Positions 41,088 to 52,480 are shown, counted from the first letter of the stretch. The stretch is 64,000 nucleotides of DNA from an uncultured Actinomycetes bacterium (GCA_963729375.1 CAVSNP010000003.1:25525-89524), one strand, 5' to 3'. The notes: a model not told the origin generated them from the letters alone. Numbers and translations: made by a program.

Positions 41088-44000
41088 GTGACCACCGAGA
41101 ACGTGACGGTGCTGTTCACCGACATGGTCGGCTCGACCGCGTTGGCGTCGGGTCTGGCACCCGACGACGCCGACGAGTTACGTCGCGACCATTTCTCGAT
41201 CTTGCGTCAGGCAGTCGCGGAGTCGGGCGGCATCGAGGTGAAGAACCTGGGTGACGGGCTGATGGTGGTGTTCGCGACCGCGTCGGCGGCATTGTCGTCC
41301 GCGGTGGGGATGCAACAGGGCGTCGAGCGCGGCAACCGCAGCGCGTGAGCAATTGGTCGGGTTGCGGGTCGGGTTGAGTGGCGGCGAGGTGATCCGAGAA
41401 GACGACGACTACTTCGGGGATCCGGTAGTCGAGGCTTCCCGCCTTTGCGCCCATAGTGAGAGCGGACGGGTGCTCGCGGCTGACGTGGTGCGGTTGATGG
41501 CGGGTCGCCGGAGCCGTCATGAGTGCCGGGCGCTCGGGAAGGTGTCCTTGAAGGGCCTGCCCGATCCGGTCGCAACAGTCGAGATCGTATGGGAGCCGCT
41601 CGGCGCGGCTGAAGCTGGCATGTCTGTCCCGTTGCCTGGCCGTTTGGCCGTGGGTCCCGCGGTGGGTGTCGTCGGCCGGGCCGCGGAGATCACGGTCATG
41701 TTGGACGCCTTCAAACGTGTCGCGAATGGCGAGGGACGCGAGGTGCTGCTCGTGTCTGGCGAGCCCGGCTTGAGTAAGTCGACGCTGGTAGCTGAAGTCG
41801 CGCGCTCGGTGTTCGACGCCGGTACGTGTGTTCTGTTTGGGCATTGCGAAGAAGATCTCGCTCGCCCCTACCAACTGTTCGGGGAGGCACTCGGGCATTA
41901 CGTCACACACGTTGCGGAAGATCAGCTGGTCGCGCATGTTGCGGCGCTCGGTTCGGAACTGGCTCGTCTGGTCCCGGTCCTCGCGACCAGGATCCCTGAC
42001 CTTCCGCCGTCAAAGGCGACCGACACCGATTCGGAGCGGTTCTTGCTGTTCGCAGCCGTAGTCGGAATGCTCGCTGCCGCGTCGGAACATCAGCCGGTCG
42101 TGTTGGTGCTCGACGATTTGCAGTCTGCAGATACGGCAAGCCTCCAGCTGTTGCGTCATCTCATCGCATCCGATCTTCGGATACGTGTGCTGATCCTCGG
42201 CGCTTATCGCGCCAGTGAGCTGTCGCATGCTCACCCGTTGCTCGACACGCTGGCGGTGTTGCATCGACAGCCCGGCGTGAGTCGTATCGAACTCGCCGGC
42301 CTTGACGACGGCGGTGTGGTCGCGTTCGTGGAAGCGGCCGCCGGACATGCTCTGGACGACGCCGGGTTGGGCCTGGCCCATGCTGTGTATCGCGGAGACC
42401 GACGGCAACCCGTTTTTCGTGAGCGAAGTGCTCCGTCATCTCTCCGAGACGGGCGCGATCTACCAGGACGCCGCCACGGGACGGTGGACCGCACTGGACA
42501 CCTTGGATCAGATGGCGCTCCCCGACAGCGTCCGCGTTGTGATCGGCGCGCGGGTCGGGCGACTTGGAGCTGATGCCGGGCGGGTGCTGTCGATGGCGGC
42601 GGTGATCGGTCGGGACTTCGACCTCGATCTCCTGGCCCGAGCGACGAAGACATCGGAGGACGAGCTGCTCGATGTGCTCGACGCGGCCGTGGCGGCGGCA
42701 CTGGTACGCGAGTTGGCGGACAGTCCTGGCCGCTACTGCTTCGCGCACGCCCTCATCCAACACACCTTGTATGAGGACCTCGGTCCCACGCGCAGGTCGC
42801 GGGCGCACCGACAAGTCGCCGAAGCACTCGAAGACCTCGTCGGGGATCGGCCCGGACGGCGGGTCGGGGAACTGGCACGCCACTGGTTCAGTGCAACCCA
42901 ACCCATCGATCTGGCGAAGGCCATCAGTTACTCGCGTCAGGCAGCCGATGCCGCGCTCGCCGCGCTCGCACCTGAGGTCGCCTCGCAATACTTCGCACAG
43001 GCACTCGAACTGTTGACTCAGGCCGATGATCACGACATGGTGTTGACTCTCGACCTCGCGATCGGACTCGGCACCGCCCAACGCCAAGCCGCCAACCCTG
43101 CGTATCGGGACACGCTCCTCGACGCCGCCCACCTCGCCGAGCGTCTCGGAGATACCGATCGGCTGGTGCACGCCGCGCTGGCCAACTCTCGAGGCTGGGC
43201 CAGTCACACCGGACGAGTCGACGACGAACGGATCGCTGTCCTCGAACGAGCACTCGACGCGAACGGTCCGTCCGACAGCGCCGACCGCGCCCGGCTGCTC
43301 GCCGTGTTGGCGTCCGAGCTGACGTTCGGCGTCGACCTCGACCGGCGCCGCGCGTTGAGCGACGAAGCCGTCGACATCGCCCGTCGCCTCGGTGATCTGC
43401 CCACCCTGACATGGGTCCTGACACACCGCTTCGACTCCGTTCGGGCCCCGCACCTGCTCGCCGAACGACGGTCAGCCGCCGAGGAGAACCTGGCAGTAGC
43501 CAACATGCTCGATGATCAGATGGCCCTCTGGCTGGCCGCACAAGGACTGACGCAAATAGCAGTCGAGAGCGGCGACATCGACGCCCTGAACGACTCCCTC
43601 CGACTCGAGATCCAACTCGCTGACGCGCTCCGCCAGCCATATCCGCGTTGGCTCACCCTCGTGCACCAGAGCTCACGGGAGTTTCTCGCGGGACGGATCG
43701 ACCAGGCCGATCATCTCGCGGCTGACACGTTCGGGCTCGGCCAGGGAACCGGCCAGCCGGACGCACTCGCGATCTACGCCGGCACGCTCTTCTCCATATG
43801 GGTCGCGCAAGGACGCGTCGCGGACCTCGTACCCGTCCTGGAGGAAGCGAGCGCCGACAATCCTGGGATCGTCGGGTTACGAGCCGCGCTCGCGACCGCC
43901 TACTCCGCGACGAGCCGCAAGGCGGATGCTCAGGCGATCTTGACCGATACCCGTCAGGTCGGCTTCGCGACGATCAACCTCGACGGGGTATGGCTCAGCA

Positions 44001-44401
44001 CGCTGTGGCTGTTCGCTGCGGTCGCAGCGGAGCTCGGCGACCGCGACGCGGCCCACGAACTGGTCGACTTGTTCGAACCTTTCGCGACGCAGTTCGCATC
44101 CGACGGCGCCCACGTCCAGGGCACCGTCGCCCAGGCACTTGGCCGACTCGCAGCGGTGCTCGACCGCGACGATGACGCCGACCACTGGTTCGGTATCGCA
44201 GAAGCATTAGAGGGCAACATGAAGGCCGTCCTCATGCAAGCGGGCACTCGAACATACTGGGCGGAAGCGCTCGCGCAACACGAGAGCACAAACGATCGAC
44301 GACGAGCGCGGCTTCTGGCCGAACAGGCACGCCATGCCGCGCTCGGAGTGGGCTGCACACCAATCGTGGAGCGGTCCACCAGCGTGCTAGGCGCCATATA
44401 G
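41088..44401 (+). CDS. class III adenylate/guanylate cyclase - AAA/STAND ATPase - TPR-like multidomain regulator, two frame disruptions (~41345, ~42385)
   Basis: VTVLFTDMVGSTAL...KNLGDGLMVVF...GLSGGEVIREDDDYFGDPVVEASRL (cyclase). LLVSGEPGLSKSTL Walker A, VVLVLDDLQSAD Walker B, TDGNPFFVSEVLRHL, then a long helical repeat tail. No C-terminal LuxR HTH seen. Confidence 0.8.
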
Positions 44402-44849
44402 CCACGGAACGACGCGCGCCGCCGCGTCGCGTCGGCGCCGACGACTCCCAACGTCGATTGAGCACATGCTGCGCCGCCGCACAAGCGTGATCCTCGACCA
44501 CAGCCGACCGTCCGGGCGAGGCATCCGCGATCGCCAGCGTCTAGGTGCCGGCGGTTCGGTGATACGGCGGGGATATGGGACTGTGCGCTCTTGTTCTGGG
44601 GCACCCGGCGCTCGGTTCGACCGGACTCGTGGGCTGCACGCGCCCCTATCGGGCACCAATCTGCTCGGATTCGTCGAGTGCAGACTCGTGTCCGTTCGGC
44701 AGAGCGATAGGCGCGCCCGATCGTCAGGTCGCGAGGGTCGAGTTCGATCGCGAAGGCCGGGTCGGGGTCGATTCCTATCGACGCGAAGTTGCCGGCGATA
44801 TCGAGGCTGACGAAGCCGTGTAGACCACCTCGCGGCGCCTCGACGAACT

Positions 44850-45462
44850 GATACCCAAGTTCGTTGGGTTAGAACTCTTGCAGGGCGTCGCTTCGACACT
44901 GCGACCGCCATCGTGCACATCGAGGAACAGGCGACGCACCTCATGTCAGGTGAGCGCATTGTCGCCCCACCGAAGTCGGCCGCCGGCAAGCGGACCGTCG
45001 TATTGCCTGCGATCACCGTCGAGGCACTCAACGCGCATCTCGACCAATACGTACGCGCCGGCGACGACGCGCTCGTGTTCACCGACCCGAACGGCCAGCC
45101 GCTCCACAAGGATGTGCTCTACAAGGCATGGAGATCGGCCAGAGCCGCGGTCGTACTCGAGAATCTGACGATCCACGATCTGTGCCAGGCCGGAGCCACG
45201 CTCGCCGCGTGGACCGGCGCTTCCACCAAGGAGTTTTCATGGCCCGGTTCGGGCACGCATCGCCGAGAGCCGCGCTGCGCTACCACCACGCCGCCGAAAG
45301 TCGAGACCCCGAGATCGCGGCGCGCGCGGACGATGTGTTCGCCGCCGTCCGGAACCCTCCGCCCTCATCCATCGACGTCACGCGCGATGGACGCGCGATG
45401 GAATCGGACACGCGAGAGGCCCAGATCAACGAAGAAGGCGTTGACCCGGGCCTTTTGGGAGG
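44850..45462 (+). pseudogene. tyrosine-recombinase (phage integrase) C-terminal fragment, N-terminally truncated and frame-disrupted
   Basis: ...TAIVHIEEQ...PPKSAAGKRTVVLP...LTIHDLCQAGATLAAWTGASTKE, then in another frame MARFGHASPRAALRYHHA (the R..H..R..Y catalytic region). Ends against the partial tRNA-Gly repeat. Confidence 0.6.
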
Positions 45463-45508
45463 AGAGCGGGTGACGGGAATCGAACCCGCATCACCAGCTT
45501 GGAAGGCT
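45463..45508. repeat. 46-bp direct repeat = 3' part of tRNA-Gly (distal att site of the integrated element)
   Basis: agagcgggtgacgggaatcgaacccgcatcaccagcttggaaggct is identical at 45463-45508 and 55558-55603. Confidence 0.9.
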
Positions 45509-45524
45509 AGAGGTAGAAGCCCTT

Positions 45525-46705
45525 CTACCTGCGCAAAGACACGAGTTTCGGAACCTCAGGCCGCGGTTTGGCCGCGAGCGATGCGCGCAGCACCCCGTCG
45601 AGAGCGTCGGCCAGCGTCACGTCGAGGCTTGGGAACAGGCCGCCGTACCGATCGAGCGTCACGGTGATCGACGAGTGACCGAGCCGCTCCTTAATCGCCA
45701 AGGGATGCGCGCCCTGCGCGATCGCGAGCGCCGCCGCGGTGTGGCGCAGCTCGTGAAATACCAGCCCCGCAAGCGGATGCTCGGAGATGATCTGGTCTGT
45801 ATCGGGATCGTGTTCGACGACCCAACCGAGCGACCGGAGCGCCCGCGTCCATACGGTGCGGAAGTTCGATCTGCGCATCGGCTGACCGCTCGGCAGAGGG
45901 AACACGAGCCCGCTCGCACGCACAGCTCGCGTGCTCAGATGCGGTCCGAGTTCGTCGAGCAGAGCCGCCGGAATCGTCACCGTGCGCACGCCCGCTTTAG
46001 TCTTCGGTGGCCCGACGTCGACGCGGCCGCCGACCTCGATGAGCTGCTGATCGATCCGGAGCCGGCTGCGGAACACGTCGAGACGGTCGACGCGAAGGCC
46101 GGCGAGCTCGCCCCAGCGAAGGCCCATGTACGCGGCCGTCAGCACGAGCGGCCGGTAGTGGGGCGTGATCGCGTCGGCGAGCTGCGCGACCTCTCCGGGC
46201 TCCAGGAACCGCATCTCCCGAGCACTCTCGGGCGGCAGCTTCACGCCGGAACATGGATTGCGCGCAAGTCGCCCGTCGTTCACTGCCGCGGCGAGCACCA
46301 CGCTCAGCACGAGCACGTGCCGGCGCACGGCGCTCGAGCTCAGAGCGTTTGCTTCGAGCTCCGCTGCGAGCATCGCCTTCACGTCGGCGGTGCCGATCCC
46401 GGCGAGGGGCCAGCCGCCGAACCGTGGGCGCAGGTAGTTCCGCAGCACGCCGTCGTAGAGCTCGCGGGTCGTGGGGCGCAGGTCGAGCGATGACGACTCC
46501 GCCCACCGATCGGCCCACTTGTCGAACGTGAGCCGGCCGAGCGCAGGGTCGATCCAGCCTCCCGTCTGGCGCGTTGATTGCTGCGTTACGAGCCACCGCT
46601 CCGCGTCCGACCTTCCGCTCGAAGGTCTGCGATCGTTCGCGTCCGATCAGGTGCGCGGTACCTCGCTCGCCACCTGCCCGGACCGCGCTTCTCGACGTGT
46701 GCCAT
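45525..46705 (-). CDS. tyrosine-type site-specific integrase, two frame disruptions near 46600-46650
   Basis: MAHVEKRGPGRWRARYRAPD / RERSQTFERKV / DAERWLV... lie in three frames. The rest is intact: LTAAYMGLRWGELAGL, HELRHTAAALAI, LGHSSITVTLDRYGGL (R-H-R-Y). Confidence 0.85.
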
Positions 46706-47305
46706 CACTCGCCGCCCTTCTTCAGGATGTCTCTTGCCTTCCGGGTGAGCGTTCCGCCTGGCTTGCCTTGTCCAAGACCTTTGAAGAGGCCGCGGTTGAT
46801 CCGCGAGTCCTCGCAGCATCCGGACGGTCGCTGCCGAGTAGCCGATCTCCTCAGCGAGGGCGACGATGGGGCGCTTCGGCTGTTCCTTGCATACGGCCTC
46901 GTACCGTTGAGCGACGCGGGCGAGCTCGAGGTTCGACCAGGTTTGCGGGCGGCCGGTACGGGGTCGGCCACGGCGGTTCAGCGGCGTTGCTCGAAATGCA
47001 CCATGGAGTTGCCAAAGCGTCGCGTGGTCAATACCGATCTCCGCGGCCAAGTCGCGATCGACTCTCCATTCGGCGCGGAGTAGTTCGAGCCGAACGTTGC
47101 GCCGCAGTAGCTCTGGCTTGACGTCGCGCAACGTGCGTGCAGTGAGCGTCGGCTCCTGGTCGCCCCTTTCGTGCTCGACGACGAGGCGGGTCAGATGTAC
47201 ATCGCGCAGCGTGGCGTTCGGGATCACCTTGAACGTCGTGCTGACGCACCAGCCGGCGTGGTCGGGAATTTGGCTCGGGGCCGAGGTCGATCCGGTAGCG
47301 ACCAT
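46705..47305 (-). CDS. phage/ICE-type hypothetical protein with HTH-like C-terminus, one frame disruption (~46800)
   Basis: ...IVALAEEIGYSAATVRM..., then GLFKGLGQGKPGGTLTRKARDILKKGGE in another frame. The stop overlaps the integrase ATG (TGATG). Confidence 0.45.
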
Positions 47306-47469
47306 CGCGGAGGCGTGTCGCCTTGATCTTGGGCGGTCCGAGATCCGTGAGTCGAGGCTCCGAGAGGATGTCGATGGAATCGGACTCGTTAGAAATCCCG
47401 GGCATACTTGAAGCTTTAGGTAATTCACGTGAAGTATGCGAGAGAGTCCTTGTCACGGAGGTAATCAGA

Positions 47470-47653
47470 GTGTTCCTGAGTCTGGATCAGCTCGCTGAAC
47501 GATGGGGCGTCAGGCCACGGGTCGTGTACTCGCTTCGGTATCGGGGTGACGCACCTCGAGCGATGAAGGTCGGTCGCGAATTGACGCTTCGACCTCGGTG
47601 ATGTTGAGGCCTGGGAAGCCGAGCGCCGCGACAAGGGCGGACCGCGGACCTGA
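47470..47653 (+). CDS. excisionase/MerR-type HTH DNA-binding protein, one frame disruption (~47588)
   Basis: FLSLDQLAERWGVRPRVVYSLRYRGDAPRAMKVGREL, then RFDLGDVEAWEAERRDKG in another frame. Divergent from the int module. Confidence 0.6.
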
Positions 47654-48109
47654 GTACATCGCGAGCGCCTGCTCGGCGTGAAAACGGCCTGGCTGAGCTG
47701 TAACTCGAACCGGGCCTCGGAACAAGGATCTCAGGCATGAACCCTACGACCGGCCGCGGCTCGTGGAGCCCGCGGTGGCCAAGGCGTACCCAGACAAAAT
47801 CGCCGAGTCGCATGAGCGTCGCGAAAACCGTGTGTTGTCGACGTGTGTCGATGAGCTCGAAGTCGACTTGCGCGAGCTCGCGTCGGACGTCGCCGAATGC
47901 ACGAGATCGTGACGGAGCTAAGCGACCGGTCGGGGCGGTGATGGAACTTCGGCCGCTCGGCTACGACGAGCTGTATCCGGACGGGAACGACGGTACAGCG
48001 GTCTCCATCGACAAGGCGACGGTCGCCGAATCGTTGAGGAGCGGTGTCGCCGCGCGCGATGCGAGCAGCGGCGACCGAAAGCAACGGCTCGTTGAGCGCG
48101 GGTGACCCG

Positions 48110-49441
48110 ATGCCGAACGCCCGTAGGTTCGTCGCCGACCGCTACAACCACCCCGAGCACGAACGACTCGTTCATCACGGAGGTGCGTTCAAGCACTGGG
48201 ATGGCACCTGTTGGCCGGAGTGCGACGACCTAGCGTTGCGCGCGGCCATGTACCGGTACTTCGACGGCGCCCAGTACCTCGACCCGAAAGGCGAGTCGAA
48301 GCCGTTTCAGCCGACGATGCGCAAGGTCGCCGATCTTGTCGATGCGCTGCGCGTGGTCGTACACCTGCCGACGGAGACGATGGCGCCCGCGTGGTTGGGC
48401 GAATCGGTTGACCTGCCCGCCGACGAGATCGTGTCGTGCTCGAACGGACTCCTGCACGTTCCAACGCTGCGCTGTACCCACACTCACCGACATTTTTTGT
48501 GATCATTCGGTGCCGTTCGCATTCGACCCGGAAGCACCTGCGCCAGCACGGTGGCTGCGGTTCCTCGACGAGCTGTGGGGCGACGACGAGCAATCCAAGA
48601 GAACCTTGCAGGAGCTGTTCGGCTACTTGGTCGCCGGCGACACGAGCCAGCAGAAGATTCCGTGCCTCGTCGGTCCTCGACGTTCCGGCAAGGGGACGAT
48701 CGCGAGAGTTCTTACCGGCCTAGTCGGGCGCTACAAGTCGCGGGACCGACGATCTCGGGCCTGGCGACCAACTTCGGATTGCAAGAGCTGATCGGTAAGC
48801 CGCTGGCGATTGTGTCGGACGCGTGGCTGCGTTCGGATCAAGCTGTTCTCACTGAGCGGCTGCTCTCGATTTCGGGGGAGGACACGCTCACCATCGACCG
48901 GAAGTATCGGAACCCGTGGACTGGCCGACTGCCGACCCGGTTCCTGATCCTCACCAACGAGCTGCCACGACTGAACGACTCGTCTGGCGCACTCGCGTCG
49001 AGGTTCATCCTGCTCCAGTTCGTGAGGTCGTTCTATGGCAAGGAGAACACCGCACTTACGGGCGAACTGCTCGAAGAGCTGACTGCCATCCTCAACTGGT
49101 CCCTCGACGGTTTCGAGAGCCTCCGTGCTCGCGGCCGGTTCGTGCAGCCAGAGTCGGCAGCGGATGCCCTCCGCGAACTTGAGGATCTCGGCTCACCGAT
49201 CGCAGCGTTCGTGCGCGACCGCTGTCAGCTCGGACCGTACGAAGTTCCCGTCGACGCGCTCTACGACCAGTGGAGGGCGTGGTGCTCCGACAATGGTCGC
49301 GACCGACCCGGTACGAAGCAGACCTTCGGCCGGGACCTCCGAGCGGCCGTCCCCGGGCTGAGTACTCGCCAACCAAGGGACGACGAGCGGCGCGCGCGCC
49401 ACTACATCGGGATCGGGCTCGGTGTTGAGCGCGACGGCTGA
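48110..49441 (+). CDS. phage/plasmid primase P4-family C-terminal domain protein (D5-like NTPase/helicase), at least 2 frame disruptions (~48480, ~48730)
   Basis: NGLLHVPT, FAFDPEAPAPARWLRFLDELWGDDEQSKRTLQELFGYLV, Walker A GPRRSGKGT, KPLAIVSDA, RFLILTNELP, SRFILLQF. Confidence 0.75.
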
Positions 49442-49864
49442 TCACGCGTTCCACTGCGTTCCACGCGACGTTGGCACACGTTGGCACACGTGTTTCGCGT
49501 TGCGGTCGGCTCGCCGTCCACCGACTCGAACCCTGATGGCAGCGCGAGGATGCGGGTGGGGTCGTGAGCGATTCGCGTCGAAGTCGCGACGTGTGTCGAT
49601 GCAGTGGCCTGACTTCGGAGGTACAGCCGTGGGAGACAAGCAAGCCAGGCGCAGACCGCTATCGTGACCCGAGATTGATGCCATGGCCGAGGGCGTTCAG
49701 GCACTACTCGCCGACTCCGACGTGGGTCTCTCGCCGGATCGGCGGCTCCGCTGGGAGGGCGCGTTGGCAGCTCTTGAGGCGGTGCTCGGCCAGCGTTCGT
49801 CGCTAGTCGATGAAGGCGGCAGCCTCAGTTTGTAAACGCAGGACCGAGCGTTTATACTTGGACG

Positions 49865-50567
49865 ATGCGAGTCGTGATCTACTGCCGAGTGAGCACCGCT
49901 GAACAGGCGGCTGAAGGTCTCTCTCTGGACGCTCAGGAAGCCCGCTGCCGGGCGTGGGCGGAGGCGTCCGGAGCCGAGGTCGTCGACCTCGTGACGGACG
50001 CCGGGGTGAGCGGCACGAAGCCGTTGGCGTCCCGCAAGGGCGGGGCGCACGTTGCCTTGTTGCTCGATGCTCGCCGGCCCGACGCTGACGCCGTCGTGGT
50101 GCTGCGCTGCGATCGCCTCGGTCGCGACGCAGCAGAGACCCTCAACCTGTTCAAGCGGTTCCGCGCGGGTCGGGTGGGGCTCGTATCGGTAGCCGAGCAC
50201 TTCGACTTCGCGACGCCGCACGGACGAGCGATGGCTCAGGTCGGCGCGGTGTTCGCCGAGCTCGAGCGTGCACTGATCGCAGCGAGAACCGCCGAGGCGC
50301 TCGGAGAACTACGCCGGCAAAGTCGAGTATGGAATCACGCTCCGTTCGGATGGCGAGCTGTCGACGGGAAGCTCGTGCCGGATGCGAACGAGCAGGAGAC
50401 GCTGGCCCACGTTGCGCGTTCTTCGCGATTCGGGTATGGGTTATGCGGCGATCGCGAAGGCGTTGGCGGACGAGCGTAGGCCTACCAAGCGTGGCGGCAC
50501 GTGGGCCGCGATGAGCGTCCGCTCCGTGCTGCGCACGTCGGCGAGCTTGCAGCTCGAGGCCATCTAA
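49865..50567 (+). CDS. serine recombinase (resolvase/invertase type), one frame disruption (~50410)
   Basis: MRVVIYCRVSTAEQAAEGLSLDAQ (catalytic Ser), VVVLRCDRLGRD, FAELERALIAARTAEAL. The C-terminal HTH GMGYAAIAKALADE lies in another frame. Confidence 0.8.
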
Positions 50568-50679
50568 CGCCTCGGATGCCCCACTCGTCGGTAGTGGGGT
50601 CAGTTTGATTCGAGCAGTTCGCACAACTGGGCGATGGACCAGGGGTGATCCTCCAAGGACCGTCCTAGGGTTACACCCC

Positions 50680-51084
50680 ATGAGATCAGGCCCGAGTGGC
50701 CGTATCGCCGCGATCGCAGGCCAGGTCGCCGTCGTAGTCGGGCTCGTCATCGTCGGCGTGACGTACAAAACATCGGCCGTGACGCCACTCGTCGCCGTGG
50801 TCCTTGTTGTTGAGTTGTTCTTCGCTCTTGGCGGGTTCCTCCTCGGTGAACAACGAGGCAACGGCGCGGTCGGCCTGTTCCTCGGCCTGTTCCTCGGACC
50901 GATCGGACTGCTCATCGTCGCCGTGATGGAACCAACCGCCGAGGTCCGAGCCGAGCGAGAGCGTGCGACCGAGACCACTAGGCAGTCGCGCGACACCGGC
51001 CAGACCCACGCGTGCCCGTTCTGTGCAGAGACGATCAAGGCCGCAGCGATCGTCTGTCGACATTGTGGGCGCGACGTGCAGTGA
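50680..51084 (+). CDS. small membrane protein with C-terminal zinc-ribbon
   Basis: Three hydrophobic segments, then CPFCAETIKAAAIVCRHCGRDV (CxxC...CxxC). Start uncertain (alternative 50605). Confidence 0.5.
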   Translation: MRSGPSGRIAAIAGQVAVVVGLVIVGVTYKTSAVTPLVAVVLVVELFFALGGFLLGEQRGNGAVGLFLGLFLGPIGLLIVAVMEPTAEVRAERERATETTRQSRDTGQTHACPFCAETIKAAAIVCRHCGRDVQ

Positions 51085-51108
51085 ACTCCCGGTGTGGAAT
51101 CAATCTCC

Positions 51109-51236
51109 GTTACGCGGCGATCGCGAAGAACCTTGGTCGACGAAGGCCGGCCGACCAAGCGAGGCGGCGCGTGCGCCGCAATGAGCGCCGCTCCGTGCTT
51201 CGCACATCGGCAAGCCTGCAACTCGAAGCTATCTGA
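51109..51236 (+). pseudogene. diverged duplicate of the serine-recombinase 3' end (HTH region relic)
   Basis: tacgcggcgatcgcgaag...ccgaccaagcgaggcggcgcgtg.gccgcaatgagcg.cgctccgtgcttcgcaca.tcggcaagcctgcaactcgaagctatctga aligns with 50443-50567 (...YAAIAK...TKRGG..AAMS.RSVLRTSASLQLEAI*) with indels. Confidence 0.6.
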
Positions 51237-51316
51237 TTCCCGCCGCCGGTGAGCGCCCGCGTGATTCGGACGCCCAGTGGATCGAATTTCTTTCGCGAAA
51301 TTTCAGCCCTCTCCCG

Positions 51317-51967
51317 TCACGATGATGCTGAGGGCGTGCCGAACAGTGCACTGATTTGAGCGTCGGAACGCGACCAATAAGGCGCCAGATCTTTCAGTGC
51401 AGCGCCTGACTGGCTCGCATCAGCCGTGAGCACGGAGCCTTCGGCGGCGCATGGGTTCGCGGTGAACGGACTGACATTCTCAAAGCATGCGATGGACGCG
51501 TCCAGTGCGCTCACCGTTGTATTCGCGTCCTGAACATTCAGCTGCACGACATCGGATGGCAGGCCGATTGCAAGGTTCGAGAGCATGGAAGAGAAGTCGC
51601 TCATGCTGTCCGCCGCGGCTTGGTATTGACTGAGCGCGGCCTCGAGGCTGCCGCCGTTGTCGGCGCTCTTGTCTAGGTCGTTAACCTCGTGGGCAAAGAG
51701 AGAGATGGCTTCGTCGACTTCGTCTCGTCGGGTGACGCTGAGACTGAGGTTCTCGCTGGTGACTTGATTGGTTGCAGTAGCGAGGCGCGACTGCATGTCT
51801 GCTTCCTGTCGGGCTGCGGTGGCTACAGCAGCCGCGAGATCCCTTTTCGCTTTGCTGCGGCCCGAGGACGCCGAAGAAGCCAGAGATACTGCGAAGCCGG
51901 TAGATCCGGCCATGATGACGAGAAGCGTGATCACAGAGGTGCGGAGCCACCGAGGCGACTTCGGCAT
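51317..51967 (-). CDS. hypothetical membrane-anchored/exported protein
   Basis: 216 aa intact ORF. N-terminal anchor SVITLLVIMAGSTGFAVSLA. Ser/Ala/Asp-rich ectodomain. The region is visibly more A/T-rich than its surroundings. Confidence 0.55.
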   Translation of the reverse strand: MPKSPRWLRTSVITLLVIMAGSTGFAVSLASSASSGRSKAKRDLAAAVATAARQEADMQSRLATATNQVTSENLSLSVTRRDEVDEAISLFAHEVNDLDKSADNGGSLEAALSQYQAAADSMSDFSSMLSNLAIGLPSDVVQLNVQDANTTVSALDASIACFENVSPFTANPCAAEGSVLTADASQSGAALKDLAPYWSRSDAQISALFGTPSASS

Positions 51968-52047
51968 CGTGGTTGTGTGTGCGACCGAAGCATCGCCAGC
52001 GTCGTCGAAGACTGGCGCCTGACTCCATGTGGCCGCCGTAGTTCGCC

Positions 52048-52410
52048 TTAGCGACGGAGCTGTGACCGTTCGCGCTCGCCAAGGGGCCGTGACGGCGGGC
52101 TTTTCGACTTCGACCGTGCGACCGCTCTTGTATGGAGAGCGACAGTCGTCGCCTGAGGACCGTTTGCGGCTACGAGTTTCCAGTCGATCATCGAGCGGTA
52201 TGGCTCGGCTCCTAGTACTTCTTCGTTGCCCCCAAGCTGTTCGGCGGACGCCTGATTGAGCGAGTGAGCGAGCGACTCGCCGATCTCTTCCGCTGTTGGC
52301 GAGGACGTCGGGGTCTCGGATGATCGTGCGCCATTGCTGTCAGGAGCGTCGGCGTCGATCGTGCTCCTCCGGTGTGCCGCTTCCCCAAACCAATCAGCGT
52401 TGTCATTCAT
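52048..52410 (-). CDS. hypothetical protein
   Basis: 120 aa ORF divergent from the XRE gene. No recognisable motif. Confidence 0.3.
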   Translation of the reverse strand: MNDNADWFGEAAHRRSTIDADAPDSNGARSSETPTSSPTAEEIGESLAHSLNQASAEQLGGNEEVLGAEPYRSMIDWKLVAANGPQATTVALHTRAVARSKSKSPPSRPLGERERSQLRR

Positions 52411-52480
52411 GCTTCCCCCAGCCTGACCCGAACGATATCTGGATTTCAGATATCCGACTACCGGATCAAGCCTGCACGCC

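Noticed and set aside
42161-43453. 430-aa ORF antisense to the cyclase-ATPase gene (also 34009-34602 and 36509-37645 antisense to other genes)
   Set aside because: These are typical high-GC antisense open frames without motifs. The opposite strands encode well-recognised proteins.
47697-48105. Small ORFs between xis and the primase gene (VEPAVAKAYPDKIAESHERRENRVLSTCVDELEVDLRELASDVAECTRS; MELRPLGYDELYPDGNDGTAVSIDKATVAESL...)
   Set aside because: They are plausible phage-type small genes, but they are under 55 aa, without RBS evidence, and sit in a region with known indels. They are not called.
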